A stretch of DNA of 64,000 nt from an uncultured Bacteroidales bacterium (GCA_905234475.1 CAJOHX010000026.1:1338-65337); one strand, 5' to 3'; positions 40,055 to 50,236 are shown, numbered from the stretch's first letter. Program-made: numbers and translations. The notes: generated from the letters alone by a model not told the origin.

Positions 40055-41664
40055 TATTTTGTGCGGAAATGCATGAAAATATCGTCGCCGCCGGCGCCCT
40101 TGTTGAGGTCGTAGGCTTCAGCGGTGCCATTCTTGCCAACGGCGTCGCGGGAGGAACCGTTGAACCAGATTTCGGTGACGGCGCGGCCGTCGCCGAAGCT
40201 GTCTTTCGTGTAGTAGAGGTGGATGTCATCGCCGCCGGCATAGCTGTTGAGGTCTCCCTTGATGCTGGTGAAGTGGCTGCCACCCTCGTTGGGGCAGAGC
40301 TCGTAGGTGCGGCCGTCGACGGTGATGGAAGCGGAGACGGGGTTGTAGCTGGAGCTCAGGTACAGGCCGGTGATGTAGTCGCTGCCGGAGGTGGTCTTGT
40401 AGCAGAGGTAGATGACGTCGCCGCGGGTGCCGGCGTTGAGGTTGCTTTCAATGACGGTCCAGCCCTGCCGCTCGGCCGCAGACTTCAGGGAGGAGATCTC
40501 GCCGGAACTGTCGCCGATGAGTTTCACCTCACTGATGGCTTTGCCCTTGCCCGGCTTGGCGGTCGAGGCCGATGAGGCGGTTCCCGTGCTGAAATGCATG
40601 TAGATGTAGTCTCCGCCGGCGCCTTTGTTGAGGTCGTAGGCTTCATTGGTGTCATTCTTGCCGACGGCGCCGCCGGGGGAGTCGTTGAACCAGATTTCGG
40701 TAACGGCGCGGCCGTCGCCGAAACTGTCCTTCGTGTAGTAGAGGTGGATGTCCTCCCCGCCGGCGTTGCTGTTGAGGTCACCGTCGATGTGCTCGAAGTG
40801 GATACCGCCTTCTTTGGAGCAAAGGGTATAGTTGCGTCCGTTCACGATGGTGGACCCGCCGACGGGGTTGTGTCTGGAGCTGAGGTAGAAGTCGGTGATA
40901 AAGTCGCCGTCTGTGGCCGTCTTGTAGCAAAGGTAGATGACATCTCCTTGCGTGCCTGCGTTGAGGTTGCTTTCAATCACAGTCCAGCCCTGGCGCTGGG
41001 CAGCGGATTTCAGGGAAGAAACCTCACTGGAGCTGCCTCCGATGAGTTTCACCGCACTGATGGCTTCACCCATCCCCGGCTTGGCGGTCGAGGCCGATGA
41101 GGCGGTTCCCGTGCTGAAATGCAGGAAGATATCGTCGCCGCCGGCGCCCTTGTTGAGGTCGTAGGCGGTGCCGCTGCTGTCCTTGCCGACAGCGCCGCTG
41201 GCGGTGGCGTTGAACCAGATTCTGGTGACGGCGCGGTTGTCGCCAAAGCTGTCCTTTGTGTAGTAGAGGTGGATGTCATCGCCGCCGGCGCTGCTGTTGA
41301 GATCGCCTTTGATGCCGATGAAGTGGCTGCCGCCTTCGTAGGGGCACAAGGTGTATTTGCGGCTGCCCACGGTGATGGAGGCGGGGACGGGGTTGCTGCC
41401 GGAGCTCACGTACAGGTCGGTGATGCAGTCGCTGCCGGAGGTGGTCTTGTAGCAGAGGTAGATGACATCGCCGCGGTTGCCGGCGTTGAGGTTGCTTTCA
41501 ATGACGGTCCAGCCCTGGCGCTGAGCGGTGGATTTCAGGGAAGAAACCTCGCTGGAAGTGCCGCCGATGAGCTTTACTTCACTGATATATTCAGTCTTTC
41601 CGGCTGCCAGGACGGCAAACGGAAAAACAAACAAGGACAGGATAAGCGTGGTCGGTCTGTTCAT
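40054..41664 (-). CDS. Exported protein with three tandem 175-aa MABP-like (beta-prism) domains
   Basis: Likely start is ATG 41664 (MNRPTTLILSLF..., signal peptide). 525-nt period; each unit has three (D/N)LNxxxxGxxIxLxY/F motifs. Confidence 0.75.
   Translation of the reverse strand: MNRPTTLILSLFVFPFAVLAAGKTEYISEVKLIGGTSSEVSSLKSTAQRQGWTVIESNLNAGNRGDVIYLCYKTTSGSDCITDLYVSSGSNPVPASITVGSRKYTLCPYEGGSHFIGIKGDLNSSAGGDDIHLYYTKDSFGDNRAVTRIWFNATASGAVGKDSSGTAYDLNKGAGGDDIFLHFSTGTASSASTAKPGMGEAISAVKLIGGSSSEVSSLKSAAQRQGWTVIESNLNAGTQGDVIYLCYKTATDGDFITDFYLSSRHNPVGGSTIVNGRNYTLCSKEGGIHFEHIDGDLNSNAGGEDIHLYYTKDSFGDGRAVTEIWFNDSPGGAVGKNDTNEAYDLNKGAGGDYIYMHFSTGTASSASTAKPGKGKAISEVKLIGDSSGEISSLKSAAERQGWTVIESNLNAGTRGDVIYLCYKTTSGSDYITGLYLSSSYNPVSASITVDGRTYELCPNEGGSHFTSIKGDLNSYAGGDDIHLYYTKDSFGDGRAVTEIWFNGSSRDAVGKNGTAEAYDLNKGAGGDDIFMHFRTK
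40057..41589 (-). repeat. Three intragenic 525-bp tandem repeats
   Basis: GATGAG anchor at 40516, 41041 and 41566; identical GGCGGTTCCCGTGCTGAAATGCA at 40576 and 41101. Confidence 0.9.
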
Positions 41665-41696
41665 GATGCGGTGTTTGTTATCGTGGTTATCAGTTA

Positions 41697-44147
41697 TTAC
41701 CGGTGCAGGAAGGCGTCGAGGATGGGCTGGAGGGCGTTGAAGTCGGCCACGAGGACCTGGCGGGGCTTGCTCCCCTCCTGCGGGCCCACGATGCCGGCGG
41801 CCTCGAGCTGGTCCATCACGCGGCCCGCCTTGGCGTAGCCCATGCCCAGCTTGCGCTGGAGGTCGGAGGTGGAGCCGCGCTGGGTGGTGACCACCATACG
41901 GGCGGCCTCCTCGAAGCGGTCGTCCACCTTGGACATGTCCACCATGCCGCCGCCTTCGCCGCCCTCGGCGCCCGGCTCTTCGGGAGACGGGAGGTAGTAG
42001 GGCGTGTTGTAGCAGCGGCCGTAGCCGGTCTGGTCGCCGATGAAGTCCGTGACGGTGTCGATCTCGTCGCCGCTGATGAAACCGCACTGGATGCGCTCGG
42101 AGTCGATGCCGGCGGAGAACAGCATGTCGCCGCGGCCGATGAGCTTCTCGGCGCCGGGGGCGTCGAGGATGGTCATGGAGTCCACGCGGGAGGCCACGCG
42201 GAAGGCGATGCGCATCGGGAAGTTGCTCTTGATGATGCCCGAGATGACGTCCACTGACGGGCGCTGCGTCGCGAGAATCACGTGCAGGCCGGCGGCGCGG
42301 CCCTTCTGGGCCAGACGGATGATCGAGTTGGTGATGCTCCGGCTGGCGGCGCGGGCCTCGGGAGCGGCGCCGGTGGTCATCGTGAGGTCGGCGTACTCGT
42401 CCACCACGACCACGATGTACGGCAGGAACCTGTGGCCGCGGTCGGGCCGCAGCTTGCGCTCCTTGAATTTCTCGTTGTAGAGGGTGATCTTGTTGACGCC
42501 TGCCTTGCTCAGGAGCTCGTAGCGGTCGTCCATCTCCGTGCACAGCGAACGGAGGATCTTCTCGGCGTCCTTGGGCTTCTTGACGATGGCGTTGGCGCGC
42601 TCGTCCTCCTCGTCCGCGGCGTCGGGCAGCACGGCGAGGTAGTGCTTCAGGAGCGACGTGTACGCGGAGAACTCGACCATCTTCGGGTCGATGAAGACGA
42701 ACTTCAGCTCCGACGGGTGCTTGCTGTAGAGCAGCGAGGACACGATGACGTTGAGACCCACGGACTTGCCCTGTTTGGTCGCACCCGCGACGAGCAGGTG
42801 CGGGGCGTCGGCGAGGTCGAACACGCGCACCTTCTGGGTGATCGTGTAGCCGATGGCGACGGGCAGGTCGGCCTTGCTGTTGCGGAAAGCGTCGTCGTTC
42901 AGCAGCGCCTTGAGCGGGACGATGGAGGAGAAGTCGTTGGCGACCTCGATGCCGACGGAGTCGGACAGGGTCACCACGCGCACGCCCTTGGCGTTGAGCG
43001 ACAGGGCGATGTCTTCCTGGAGCTTCTTGATGTCCGCGATCTTCACGCCCGGGGCGGGATAGACCTTGTACAGCGTGACGGTCGGGCCCACGATGGCCTT
43101 GACGTCGGTGACCTGGATCTTGTAGTTGGCGAGGGCCGCGCGGATCTTGTTGTTGTTGCGCGTGAGCTCCTCGGTGGATACCTCGCGGCGCCCGCTGGCA
43201 TAACTCTCCAGCAGGTCGAGCGACGGGAACTTGTATTTCGGCAGGCCGTCCGGCGGGTCCAGGCGGTTGTCAATCGGGGGCAGGTCCTTGATGTCCTCGG
43301 CCTCCAGGCTGTCGTCGGTGACGATCTCGAAGGAGCCTTCGGAGGATCCCGGGTCAGAGCCCGGGATGACATCTTTGGCGCTCGGGATGACAGGGTCTTT
43401 CCCGTCATTCGCCGGCGCGTCCGTCGCGGCAAGCACGCCGTCAGGGATGCCGTCGGGGATCTCGGGGGTTTCCGGCTCTTCCTCTGTCGTGACGACCGGC
43501 TCTTCCGGCGTGTCCGGCACCTCGGGATCGGTGGCCGGGACAACCTTCGGTTCCTTGACCTTCTTCTCCTTCTTGACGCCAATGTTCGCGAACCAGCGGT
43601 TGAAGCTCTTGGAGGCGAAGAACAGGAAGGCGGCCACCAGGATGACGAGGAAGAGCCCCGTCACGATGGGGCCGAGAAGATTCTGCGCCCAGTTCACCGC
43701 GGCGGCGCCGCAGTGTCCGCCCAGGCCGCCGCCGAACAGGTGCTGCAGGCCGGCGATCTGGCCGATGAAGGCCAGCACGAGCGAGGCGATGAAGGCGCCG
43801 AACAGCGCCACGAGGGTGGTCTTCAGCAGGGAATACGGCCAGCGGTGGGCCAGCAGGCGCACCGACACGGCGGTGAGGATGATCAGCAGCGCGAAACTCC
43901 CCAGGCCGAAGAGCTCGCACACCAGCAGGTGCCCGGTCCGGAAACCGAGCTTGCCGGCGGCGTTGCCCACCGCCTGGTCCGCCTGCATGGCGTCAGGGTC
44001 GCCCAGCAGGCTCATGTCCTCCTGCCAGTGGAAGAGGTAGGAGAAGGTCGCGATGAAGATAAACAGGGTCAGCGCCGCGACGCAAAGTCCGACGATGCGC
44101 ACGGCGGCGGCCCGCTCCTCTTCGTCCCAGGATTTCCAGAATCTCAT
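41697..44147 (-). CDS. ftsK: DNA translocase FtsK
   Basis: N-terminal TM domain; PHLLVAGATKQGKS, FIDPKMVE and ATQRPSVDV motifs; gamma domain LQRKLGMGYAKAGR. Confidence 0.96.
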   Translation of the reverse strand: MRFWKSWDEEERAAAVRIVGLCVAALTLFIFIATFSYLFHWQEDMSLLGDPDAMQADQAVGNAAGKLGFRTGHLLVCELFGLGSFALLIILTAVSVRLLAHRWPYSLLKTTLVALFGAFIASLVLAFIGQIAGLQHLFGGGLGGHCGAAAVNWAQNLLGPIVTGLFLVILVAAFLFFASKSFNRWFANIGVKKEKKVKEPKVVPATDPEVPDTPEEPVVTTEEEPETPEIPDGIPDGVLAATDAPANDGKDPVIPSAKDVIPGSDPGSSEGSFEIVTDDSLEAEDIKDLPPIDNRLDPPDGLPKYKFPSLDLLESYASGRREVSTEELTRNNNKIRAALANYKIQVTDVKAIVGPTVTLYKVYPAPGVKIADIKKLQEDIALSLNAKGVRVVTLSDSVGIEVANDFSSIVPLKALLNDDAFRNSKADLPVAIGYTITQKVRVFDLADAPHLLVAGATKQGKSVGLNVIVSSLLYSKHPSELKFVFIDPKMVEFSAYTSLLKHYLAVLPDAADEEDERANAIVKKPKDAEKILRSLCTEMDDRYELLSKAGVNKITLYNEKFKERKLRPDRGHRFLPYIVVVVDEYADLTMTTGAAPEARAASRSITNSIIRLAQKGRAAGLHVILATQRPSVDVISGIIKSNFPMRIAFRVASRVDSMTILDAPGAEKLIGRGDMLFSAGIDSERIQCGFISGDEIDTVTDFIGDQTGYGRCYNTPYYLPSPEEPGAEGGEGGGMVDMSKVDDRFEEAARMVVTTQRGSTSDLQRKLGMGYAKAGRVMDQLEAAGIVGPQEGSKPRQVLVADFNALQPILDAFLHR
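43345..43416. repeat. Cluster of GTCAT-headed REP-like palindromes in the FtsK linker
   Basis: GATCCCGGGTCAGAGCCCGGGATGAC, CTCGGGATGAC and GTCATTCGCCGGC; the last is the exact reverse complement of 54068-54080. Confidence 0.7.
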
Positions 44148-44818
44148 TTCTTCTTGTACGCTCGCTTATAGTTCTTCTGTTTGCGGTTGCGCTGTCCGCC
44201 GGGCTGGCCGACGTTGACCCCCATGCCGGGACGGGCGAAACTGGCGTCGCCCGCGATCTTGCTGAGGCTGATCCCCTCGGGGACCTTGAGGCGGTAGTCG
44301 GAGAGCTTTTCGATGTCGGCGAAAATGGTCTCGTCGGCCACGCTGTCCTTGTTCCAGATCAGGTATTGGGTGCGCATGTAGATGGCCAGGGACCGGATGA
44401 GCTCGGTCTTGACCTCGCCCTCGGGCTGCTCGCAGAGGAGGTTGATGACACCCTCGATGTTGCGGCCGTAGTGGAAGGCCTTGATCTTGGAGCCCTTCAT
44501 CGGGATGGGGACGGGGTCGGTGTTGAACTCCTCGGCCTCCGGGCAGGGATACGGGGAGTCGACGTCGAGGTCGTAGTCTGCAATCATGTAGAGGTGGTCC
44601 CAGAGCTTGTGCTCGAAATTGTCCAGGGTGCGCACCTGCGGGTTGAGGAGCTCCATGACCTTGACGACGGCGCGCGCCTGCTCGGTGCGCTTGTCCCTGT
44701 CGGGGATGGCCTTGAGCTGCTCGACCATCTTGAGGACATTGCGTCCGTATTCGGGCATCGCGAGGCGCTCTCGCGAAGTATTGTAGTCCAGGGGGCGGTT
44801 TATTTCGTTTTCTTCCAT
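44144..44818 (-). CDS. DUF4290 family protein
   Basis: LDYNTSRERLAMPEYGRNV, KLWDHL and HYGRNI motifs. Confidence 0.85.
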   Translation of the reverse strand: MEENEINRPLDYNTSRERLAMPEYGRNVLKMVEQLKAIPDRDKRTEQARAVVKVMELLNPQVRTLDNFEHKLWDHLYMIADYDLDVDSPYPCPEAEEFNTDPVPIPMKGSKIKAFHYGRNIEGVINLLCEQPEGEVKTELIRSLAIYMRTQYLIWNKDSVADETIFADIEKLSDYRLKVPEGISLSKIAGDASFARPGMGVNVGQPGGQRNRKQKNYKRAYKKK

Positions 44819-44866
44819 AATTTGTCGATTAAAAAACAAAGATAGTGATTTTCCGCGAAACTCCCG

Positions 44867-45820
44867 TTAAGGGAGGCGGAGATTGAAGCCGTCGGAAGTC
44901 CAGGTCCCCGTGTCGGTGATCAGGTACCCCTCGAGCTCGGGACGCGAGAGGAGCAGCTCCTTCGCCGCTTCGGGGCCGAGGACCATGCAGGCGGTCGCCA
45001 GCGCGTCCGCTTCGGCGGCGGTGGGCGCCACGACGGTGGCGCTGAGCAGCCCGTGCTCCACCGGATAGCCGGTGCGGGGGTCGATCGTGTGGGCGTATTT
45101 CTTCCCGTCCTTGATGTAGAACTTGCGGTAGTTGCCGGAGGTCACGATGCCGCAGGCGCCGCCGTCCGACTGCCAGACGCCCCGGATGTCCTCGCCGGGC
45201 GTGTCGTTGCCGTCCACCGGATTGTCCACCCCGATGGTCCAGCCGCGGCCGGAGGGATTCAGCCCCTCGCAGAAGATTTCGCCGATGTCCACGAGCATGT
45301 TGTGCACCCCGAGGGAATGCAGATAGTCCGCGACTACGTCGCAGGTGTATCCTTGTGCTATCGCGTTGAAATTCAAGACTTTCTCCTCCTTGCAGGCCGC
45401 CAGGGCCGCCTGGACGCGGGCGGGGTCGGGCAGGCTGTCGGAAGTGAAGCCGAAGCCCCAGATGTCAAAGAGCGGGGCGGAGGCGCAGTCGAAGGCGCCG
45501 CCGGTCTGCGCGCGGTACTTTTCCGACAGGGCGCGGACCTCGCTGAAGAAGCGGTCGGGGACGATCTCCTCGCCCGCGTTGAAGCGGGTCAGCAGCGAAC
45601 GCTTGTTGTAGCCGGACAGGCTGAAGTCGATCGAATCGAGGATGGCGTCGATGTGCGCGGCGATCTCCTCGCGCGACACGTCCACCCCCGTCAGGTCAGC
45701 CTTGACGGAATACGTCCCTCCCTGGGCGTAGCCGGTGAAAACGGCGTATCCGTCGCGTTTGCAGCCGGCCAGCAGGCACGCGGCGAGGAGGATGGACAGA
45801 TATAGCTGGGAAAACTTCAT
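44867..45820 (-). CDS. apbE: FAD:protein FMN transferase lipoprotein
   Basis: Start MKFSQLY (45820); lipobox LAGC; NAIAQG, TSGNYRKF, HTIDPRTGYP and ADALATA motifs. Confidence 0.92.
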   Translation of the reverse strand: MKFSQLYLSILLAACLLAGCKRDGYAVFTGYAQGGTYSVKADLTGVDVSREEIAAHIDAILDSIDFSLSGYNKRSLLTRFNAGEEIVPDRFFSEVRALSEKYRAQTGGAFDCASAPLFDIWGFGFTSDSLPDPARVQAALAACKEEKVLNFNAIAQGYTCDVVADYLHSLGVHNMLVDIGEIFCEGLNPSGRGWTIGVDNPVDGNDTPGEDIRGVWQSDGGACGIVTSGNYRKFYIKDGKKYAHTIDPRTGYPVEHGLLSATVVAPTAAEADALATACMVLGPEAAKELLLSRPELEGYLITDTGTWTSDGFNLRLP

Positions 45821-45898
45821 TTCGGCAAAGTATTTGCACAAAGTTAGCGGTTTTTCGCGCATTTTTGCGCATCTTTGCAAATTGTAACCGAGAAAAGT

Positions 45899-46903
45899 AT
45901 GAAGTTTTCGAGATACATCCTCCCAGTCCTGCTGGCGGCAGTCTGCCTGCTGCCGGAGGGCTGCAAGAAGAAAGATACGACGCAGGATTACATGGACGGC
46001 GTGCTCCGGCTGAAGGTTCCGCCCTTCGTGGAGCCGGGCTTCTCCAAGACCTTCATGATCGACACCATGATGACCATCACCCGTCCGGACGGCGGCACGG
46101 TGGGCTATTATTTCTATAACCAGGACACTGGGACCCGCGACACGCTGGTCACGGCGGACGGCCGGATCAAGAACCATTACTATACGTACACGGCGCCGAG
46201 TATGCCCGGCAACCTGACCCTGTGGCTGTATGCCTTCGCCCCGTCGGATGCCGGCTACTACAGTTCTTACACGGGAGCCTCCATCGTGGTCGTGCGGGGC
46301 GGCCTGGACGGCAACGGCTCCATCACCGGATTCGACATGCAGACCGGCACGAAGTTCACCGACGCGCGTGACGGCCGCGAATACTATGCGGTCGAGGCCG
46401 GCGGCCATACCTGGATGCGGGAAAACCTTGCCTGGAAAGGCGCCGGGCGCCCTTATTACGACTGTGACGCCATGGCCGACGTCTTCGGCTATTACTATAC
46501 CTGGGATGAGGCGGTGACGGCCTGCCCCGAGGGCTGGCGCCTGCCCACGGACGCCGATTTCGCGGCGCTTGCCGACGGAGCTGCTCCGGGCACGGACATC
46601 GCCGGACTGGCCGGCAGGATGATGGGCAATTTCTATTTCAACGGCACCAAGCTGTGGCCTTACTGGCGCGAGGTGACCATCACCGATGCCCTCAAGCTCT
46701 CCGTGATGCCCACCGGCTATGCCGTGGTGGGAGAGGGCAAGGGCAGCTTCACGGGGGTGTCGGAGTACGCCGTGCTCTGGACGGCCGACGAGGCGGGCGA
46801 TGAAGCCCTGGTGCGCTACATCTATCAGGACAAGGACATCGTGTTCCAGACCCTGATGATCAAGGACGAATTCGCCGCCACGGTGCGCTGCGTCAAGGAG
46901 TAG
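45899..46903 (+). CDS. Lipoprotein with a Fibrobacter succinogenes major paralogous (FISUMP) domain
   Basis: FTDARDGREY, WMRENL, YYYTWDEA, CPEGWRLPT and VRCVKE motifs. Confidence 0.85.
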   Translation: MKFSRYILPVLLAAVCLLPEGCKKKDTTQDYMDGVLRLKVPPFVEPGFSKTFMIDTMMTITRPDGGTVGYYFYNQDTGTRDTLVTADGRIKNHYYTYTAPSMPGNLTLWLYAFAPSDAGYYSSYTGASIVVVRGGLDGNGSITGFDMQTGTKFTDARDGREYYAVEAGGHTWMRENLAWKGAGRPYYDCDAMADVFGYYYTWDEAVTACPEGWRLPTDADFAALADGAAPGTDIAGLAGRMMGNFYFNGTKLWPYWREVTITDALKLSVMPTGYAVVGEGKGSFTGVSEYAVLWTADEAGDEALVRYIYQDKDIVFQTLMIKDEFAATVRCVKE

Positions 46904-47954
46904 CAGCGATTGCCCCCAGCAGGGAAAGCAAGGACTGGCCGAGCAGATCGGCCAGTTTTTTTGTGCCTGCCGGGAAGATCCCGGCGAGGGCGGGGAGGGC
47001 GCTGAACAGGAAGCCCTCGGTGAGCGGCAGCGCTGCAAGGTTGGTCAGCAGGAAGTATTTCGGGAAGGTGTGGAAACGGATCCACACGAGCGGCGCGGTG
47101 AAGACCTGGCAGGAAAGGGTGAGCGCCGTGGCGGTCCAGATGCGGCGAACCGGATCGAGGCGGGGGCCTTTGGGGTACCAGGCTTCGAGCCGGGGGAAGA
47201 CGGTGATGATGCCGAGCATGGCCAGGTACGACAGCTGGAAACCCAGGCTCCGCACGACGGCGGGGCTGACGGCAAGCTGCAGGGTCAGTGCGGCGCAGAA
47301 CACGTTCTGCGGCTTCATCCGGCGTCCGGGCATGTGCCGGGACAGCTCATGGATCAGGATGAACAGGAAGGCGCGCACGAGCGAGGGGGACGCACCGGTC
47401 ATGAGCAGGTAGAAGGCGGACGCGCCGACGGCCACGCTGCTGCGCGCCACCAGGGCTGCCCGGCTGCGTCCCAGCACGGCCAGGGCGCGCTGGAGGATGC
47501 CATAAAGGATGCCCAGGTGCAGCCCGGACAGGGCGAGCAGGTGGGAGGCGCCTGCGGCGCGGAACGCCTCCACGGTCGCGCGGTCCATCCCGTCCCGCTG
47601 CCCGGCGAGCAGGGCCTCGAGCAGCGCGGCCGTGGAGGGGTGGGCGAAGCCGGCGTCTTCGATGCGGCGCTGCAGCGCGGCGAGGGCCCGCTCCGCAGGC
47701 GGCCAGCCGCGTTGCACGGCCGGGAACAGCCCGCCGGCGCAGCCGCACATCACCCCGAGGAGCAGGTACAGCAGGAGCATCGCCGCGGTGCGGTCCCCGC
47801 GGCCGGACAGGCTGCACAGCAGCCATGCCGCCGCGAGACCGCTGCCCGCGGCGACCGCCCAAAGCGTATCGCTCCCCGGCGGCCAGAGGGCCGCCAAAAT
47901 CACTCCTGCTAAAAATGGGATTGAAACCGCCACGATGTCTTTCTCCACGACCAT
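46893..47954 (-). CDS. comEC: ComEC/Rec2 competence protein (membrane domain only)
   Basis: GASHLLALSGLHLG, SPSLVRA and GFQLSY motifs. Confidence 0.88.
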   Translation of the reverse strand: MVVEKDIVAVSIPFLAGVILAALWPPGSDTLWAVAAGSGLAAAWLLCSLSGRGDRTAAMLLLYLLLGVMCGCAGGLFPAVQRGWPPAERALAALQRRIEDAGFAHPSTAALLEALLAGQRDGMDRATVEAFRAAGASHLLALSGLHLGILYGILQRALAVLGRSRAALVARSSVAVGASAFYLLMTGASPSLVRAFLFILIHELSRHMPGRRMKPQNVFCAALTLQLAVSPAVVRSLGFQLSYLAMLGIITVFPRLEAWYPKGPRLDPVRRIWTATALTLSCQVFTAPLVWIRFHTFPKYFLLTNLAALPLTEGFLFSALPALAGIFPAGTKKLADLLGQSLLSLLGAIAATP

Positions 47955-48029
47955 TTCAATCGAATTTGTTGCCAAAATACGCAATTTTTCTTAAATTCGC
48001 GTGTTTTTGAACAACGAAACCCTACCAAT

Positions 48030-49235
48030 ATGATCATCCTTGTAATCAACTGCGGCAGTTCTTCCATCAAGTACCAGCTGCTTGACATGAAGAACGACGA
48101 AGTCTATGACCTGATGGCCAAGGGCCTGGTCGAAAAGATCGGCCTCCCCGACGGCTGCCTCACCCACAAGCCCACCGGCAAAGATCCCTTCTCCATGACG
48201 CTTCCGATTCCCGACCACAAGGTCGGCATGAAGCTCGTCCTGGACGCCCTCGTGGACCCGGAGCACGGCGTGCTCTCCAGCTTCGACGACATCGAAGCCG
48301 TCGGCCACCGCATCGTGCAGGGTGCGGACTTCTTCTCCGGGAGCACCCTCGTGGACGAGGACGTGCTCGCCAAGATCCGCATCTGCTGCGACTTCGCCCC
48401 GCTGCACAACCCGGCCCACCTCCTCGGCATCGAGGCCATGTCCCACGTGCTGCCGGAGGTCCCGCAGGTCGTCACCTTCGACACCGCCTTCCACCAGACC
48501 ATGGAGCCGTACGCCTACATGTACGCCCTGCCGTATGAATACTACGAGAAATACCGCGTGCGCCGCTACGGCGCCCACGGCACCTCGCACCAGTACGTGT
48601 CCCAGCGCGGCGCCAAGCTCGCCGGCCTGGACCTGGGCAACTCAAAGATCATCACCTGCCACCTCGGCAACGGCAGCTCCGTGACCGCCATCAAGGACGG
48701 CAAGGTGGTGGACACCTCGATGGGCTTCACCCCGCTCGAGGGCATGATCATGGGCACCCGCTGCGGCAACATAGACGCCAACATCCTCCCTTACATCATG
48801 AAGAAGGAGAACCTGACGCCGGATGAGATGACGACCATCATGAACAAGAAGAGCGGCTTCCTCGGCCTGTCCGGCCGCAGCTCCGACATGCGCGACCTCG
48901 ACGCGGCCGCCCGCGAAGGCGACGTCCGTTCCAAGATCGCCCTCAAGAAGCTCACCTACGACACCATCAAGAACGTCGGCGCCTACATCGCCGAGATGAA
49001 CGGCGTGGACCTCATCGTCTTCACGGCCGGCATCGGCGAGAACAACCCGCGCCTGCGCCGCCACCTCGCCTTCATGGGCGTCAAGATCGACGTGGAGGTC
49101 AACGAGCGCGCCCGCAGCTCCGAGACCATCATCTCGGCGCCGGATTCCGCCGTCAAGGTGGCCCTCATCCCGACCAACGAAGAGCTGGTCATCGCCCGCG
49201 ACACGATGCACATCATCTCCGAACTTGACAACTAA
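48030..49235 (+). CDS. ackA: Acetate kinase, with a probable small in-frame deletion near 49063
   Basis: INCGSSSIKYQL, GHRIV, FDTAFH, CHLGNG, FTAGIGEN and IPTNEEL motifs. Confidence 0.96.
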   Translation: MIILVINCGSSSIKYQLLDMKNDEVYDLMAKGLVEKIGLPDGCLTHKPTGKDPFSMTLPIPDHKVGMKLVLDALVDPEHGVLSSFDDIEAVGHRIVQGADFFSGSTLVDEDVLAKIRICCDFAPLHNPAHLLGIEAMSHVLPEVPQVVTFDTAFHQTMEPYAYMYALPYEYYEKYRVRRYGAHGTSHQYVSQRGAKLAGLDLGNSKIITCHLGNGSSVTAIKDGKVVDTSMGFTPLEGMIMGTRCGNIDANILPYIMKKENLTPDEMTTIMNKKSGFLGLSGRSSDMRDLDAAAREGDVRSKIALKKLTYDTIKNVGAYIAEMNGVDLIVFTAGIGENNPRLRRHLAFMGVKIDVEVNERARSSETIISAPDSAVKVALIPTNEELVIARDTMHIISELDN

Positions 49236-49246
49236 AACGTAACCAT

Positions 49247-50236
49247 ATGTCCCTTATCGACCAGATTATCGCGCGTGCCAAGTCCAACCGGCAGCGCATC
49301 GTGCTCCCGGAGTCCTTCGAGGAGCGTACCATCACGGCGGCCGACCGCGCCCTTGCCGACGGCCTCGCCGACATCATCCTGATCGGCAATCGTGAGAAGG
49401 TGCTTGCCTATGCGGCCTCCCTGGGCCTGAAGCATATCGACAAGGCCACCATCATCGACCCTGTGACCAGCGAGAAGACCGCTGCCTACGCCCAGCTCCT
49501 GTTCGAGCTGCGCCAGAAGAAGGGCATGACCCTCGAGCTCGCCCAGAAGACGGTGCTCGATCCGCTGTATTTCGGTTGCCTCATTATCAAGAGCGGCGAT
49601 GCCGACGGCCAGATCAGCGGCGCCCTCTCCACCACCGGCGAGACGCTCCGTCCGGCCCTGCAGATCATCAAGTGCGCCCCCGGCATCACCTGCGTGAGCG
49701 GCGCCATGCTGATGATCACCAAGACCCCGCAGTACGGTGAGAACGGCGTGCTGGTGATCGGCGACGTGGCCGTGACCCCGGCCCCCGACGCCCAGCAGCT
49801 GGCCCAGATTGCCGTCTGCACGGCGCAGACCGCCCGCAGCGTGGCGTGCTTTGACGATCCGCGCGTGGCGATGCTTTCCTTCTCCACCAAGGGTTCCGCG
49901 AAGCACGAAGTCGTGGACAAGGTGGTTGAGGCCACGGCCCTCGCAAAGGAGCTGGATCCCGCCCTCAAGATCGACGGCGAGCTCCAGGCCGACGCCGCCC
50001 TGGTGCCTTCCGTGGGCAAGAAGAAAGCCCCCGGCTCCGAGATCGCCGGCAATGCCAATGTCCTGGTCTTCCCGAACCTCGAGGTCGGCAACATCGCCTA
50101 CAAGCTCATCCAGCGCCTCGGCGAGGCCGACGCCATCGGCCCCATCCTCCAGGGCATCGCCCGGCCGGTCAACGACCTCAGCCGCGGCTGCTCCGTGGAC
50201 GACGTCTACAAGATGATCGCCATGGACGCGAAGTAA
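49247..50236 (+). CDS. pta: Phosphate acetyltransferase, C-terminus slightly shortened
   Basis: IVLPE, AMLSFSTKGS, DGELQADAA, FPNLEVGNI and NDLSRGC motifs. Confidence 0.96.
   Translation: MSLIDQIIARAKSNRQRIVLPESFEERTITAADRALADGLADIILIGNREKVLAYAASLGLKHIDKATIIDPVTSEKTAAYAQLLFELRQKKGMTLELAQKTVLDPLYFGCLIIKSGDADGQISGALSTTGETLRPALQIIKCAPGITCVSGAMLMITKTPQYGENGVLVIGDVAVTPAPDAQQLAQIAVCTAQTARSVACFDDPRVAMLSFSTKGSAKHEVVDKVVEATALAKELDPALKIDGELQADAALVPSVGKKKAPGSEIAGNANVLVFPNLEVGNIAYKLIQRLGEADAIGPILQGIARPVNDLSRGCSVDDVYKMIAMDAK

Noticed and set aside
40057-41589. 525-bp repeats as a CRISPR array or DGR template/variable region
   Set aside because: They are whole in-frame protein domains, the differences are not adenine-specific, and there is no RT or cas gene in the window.
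41665-42543. N-terminal extension of the 829-aa ORF 40054-42543, and similar extensions of 44867-47038, 60354-62747, 25082-25816 and 31195-33129
   Set aside because: The extensions overlap real genes and are low-complexity. The internal ATGs give signal peptides or family N-termini.
6670-47954. dprA + comEC as a competence island
   Set aside because: The genes are 39 kb apart, both are widespread in Bacteroidota, and there are no pilus or comEA genes in the window.
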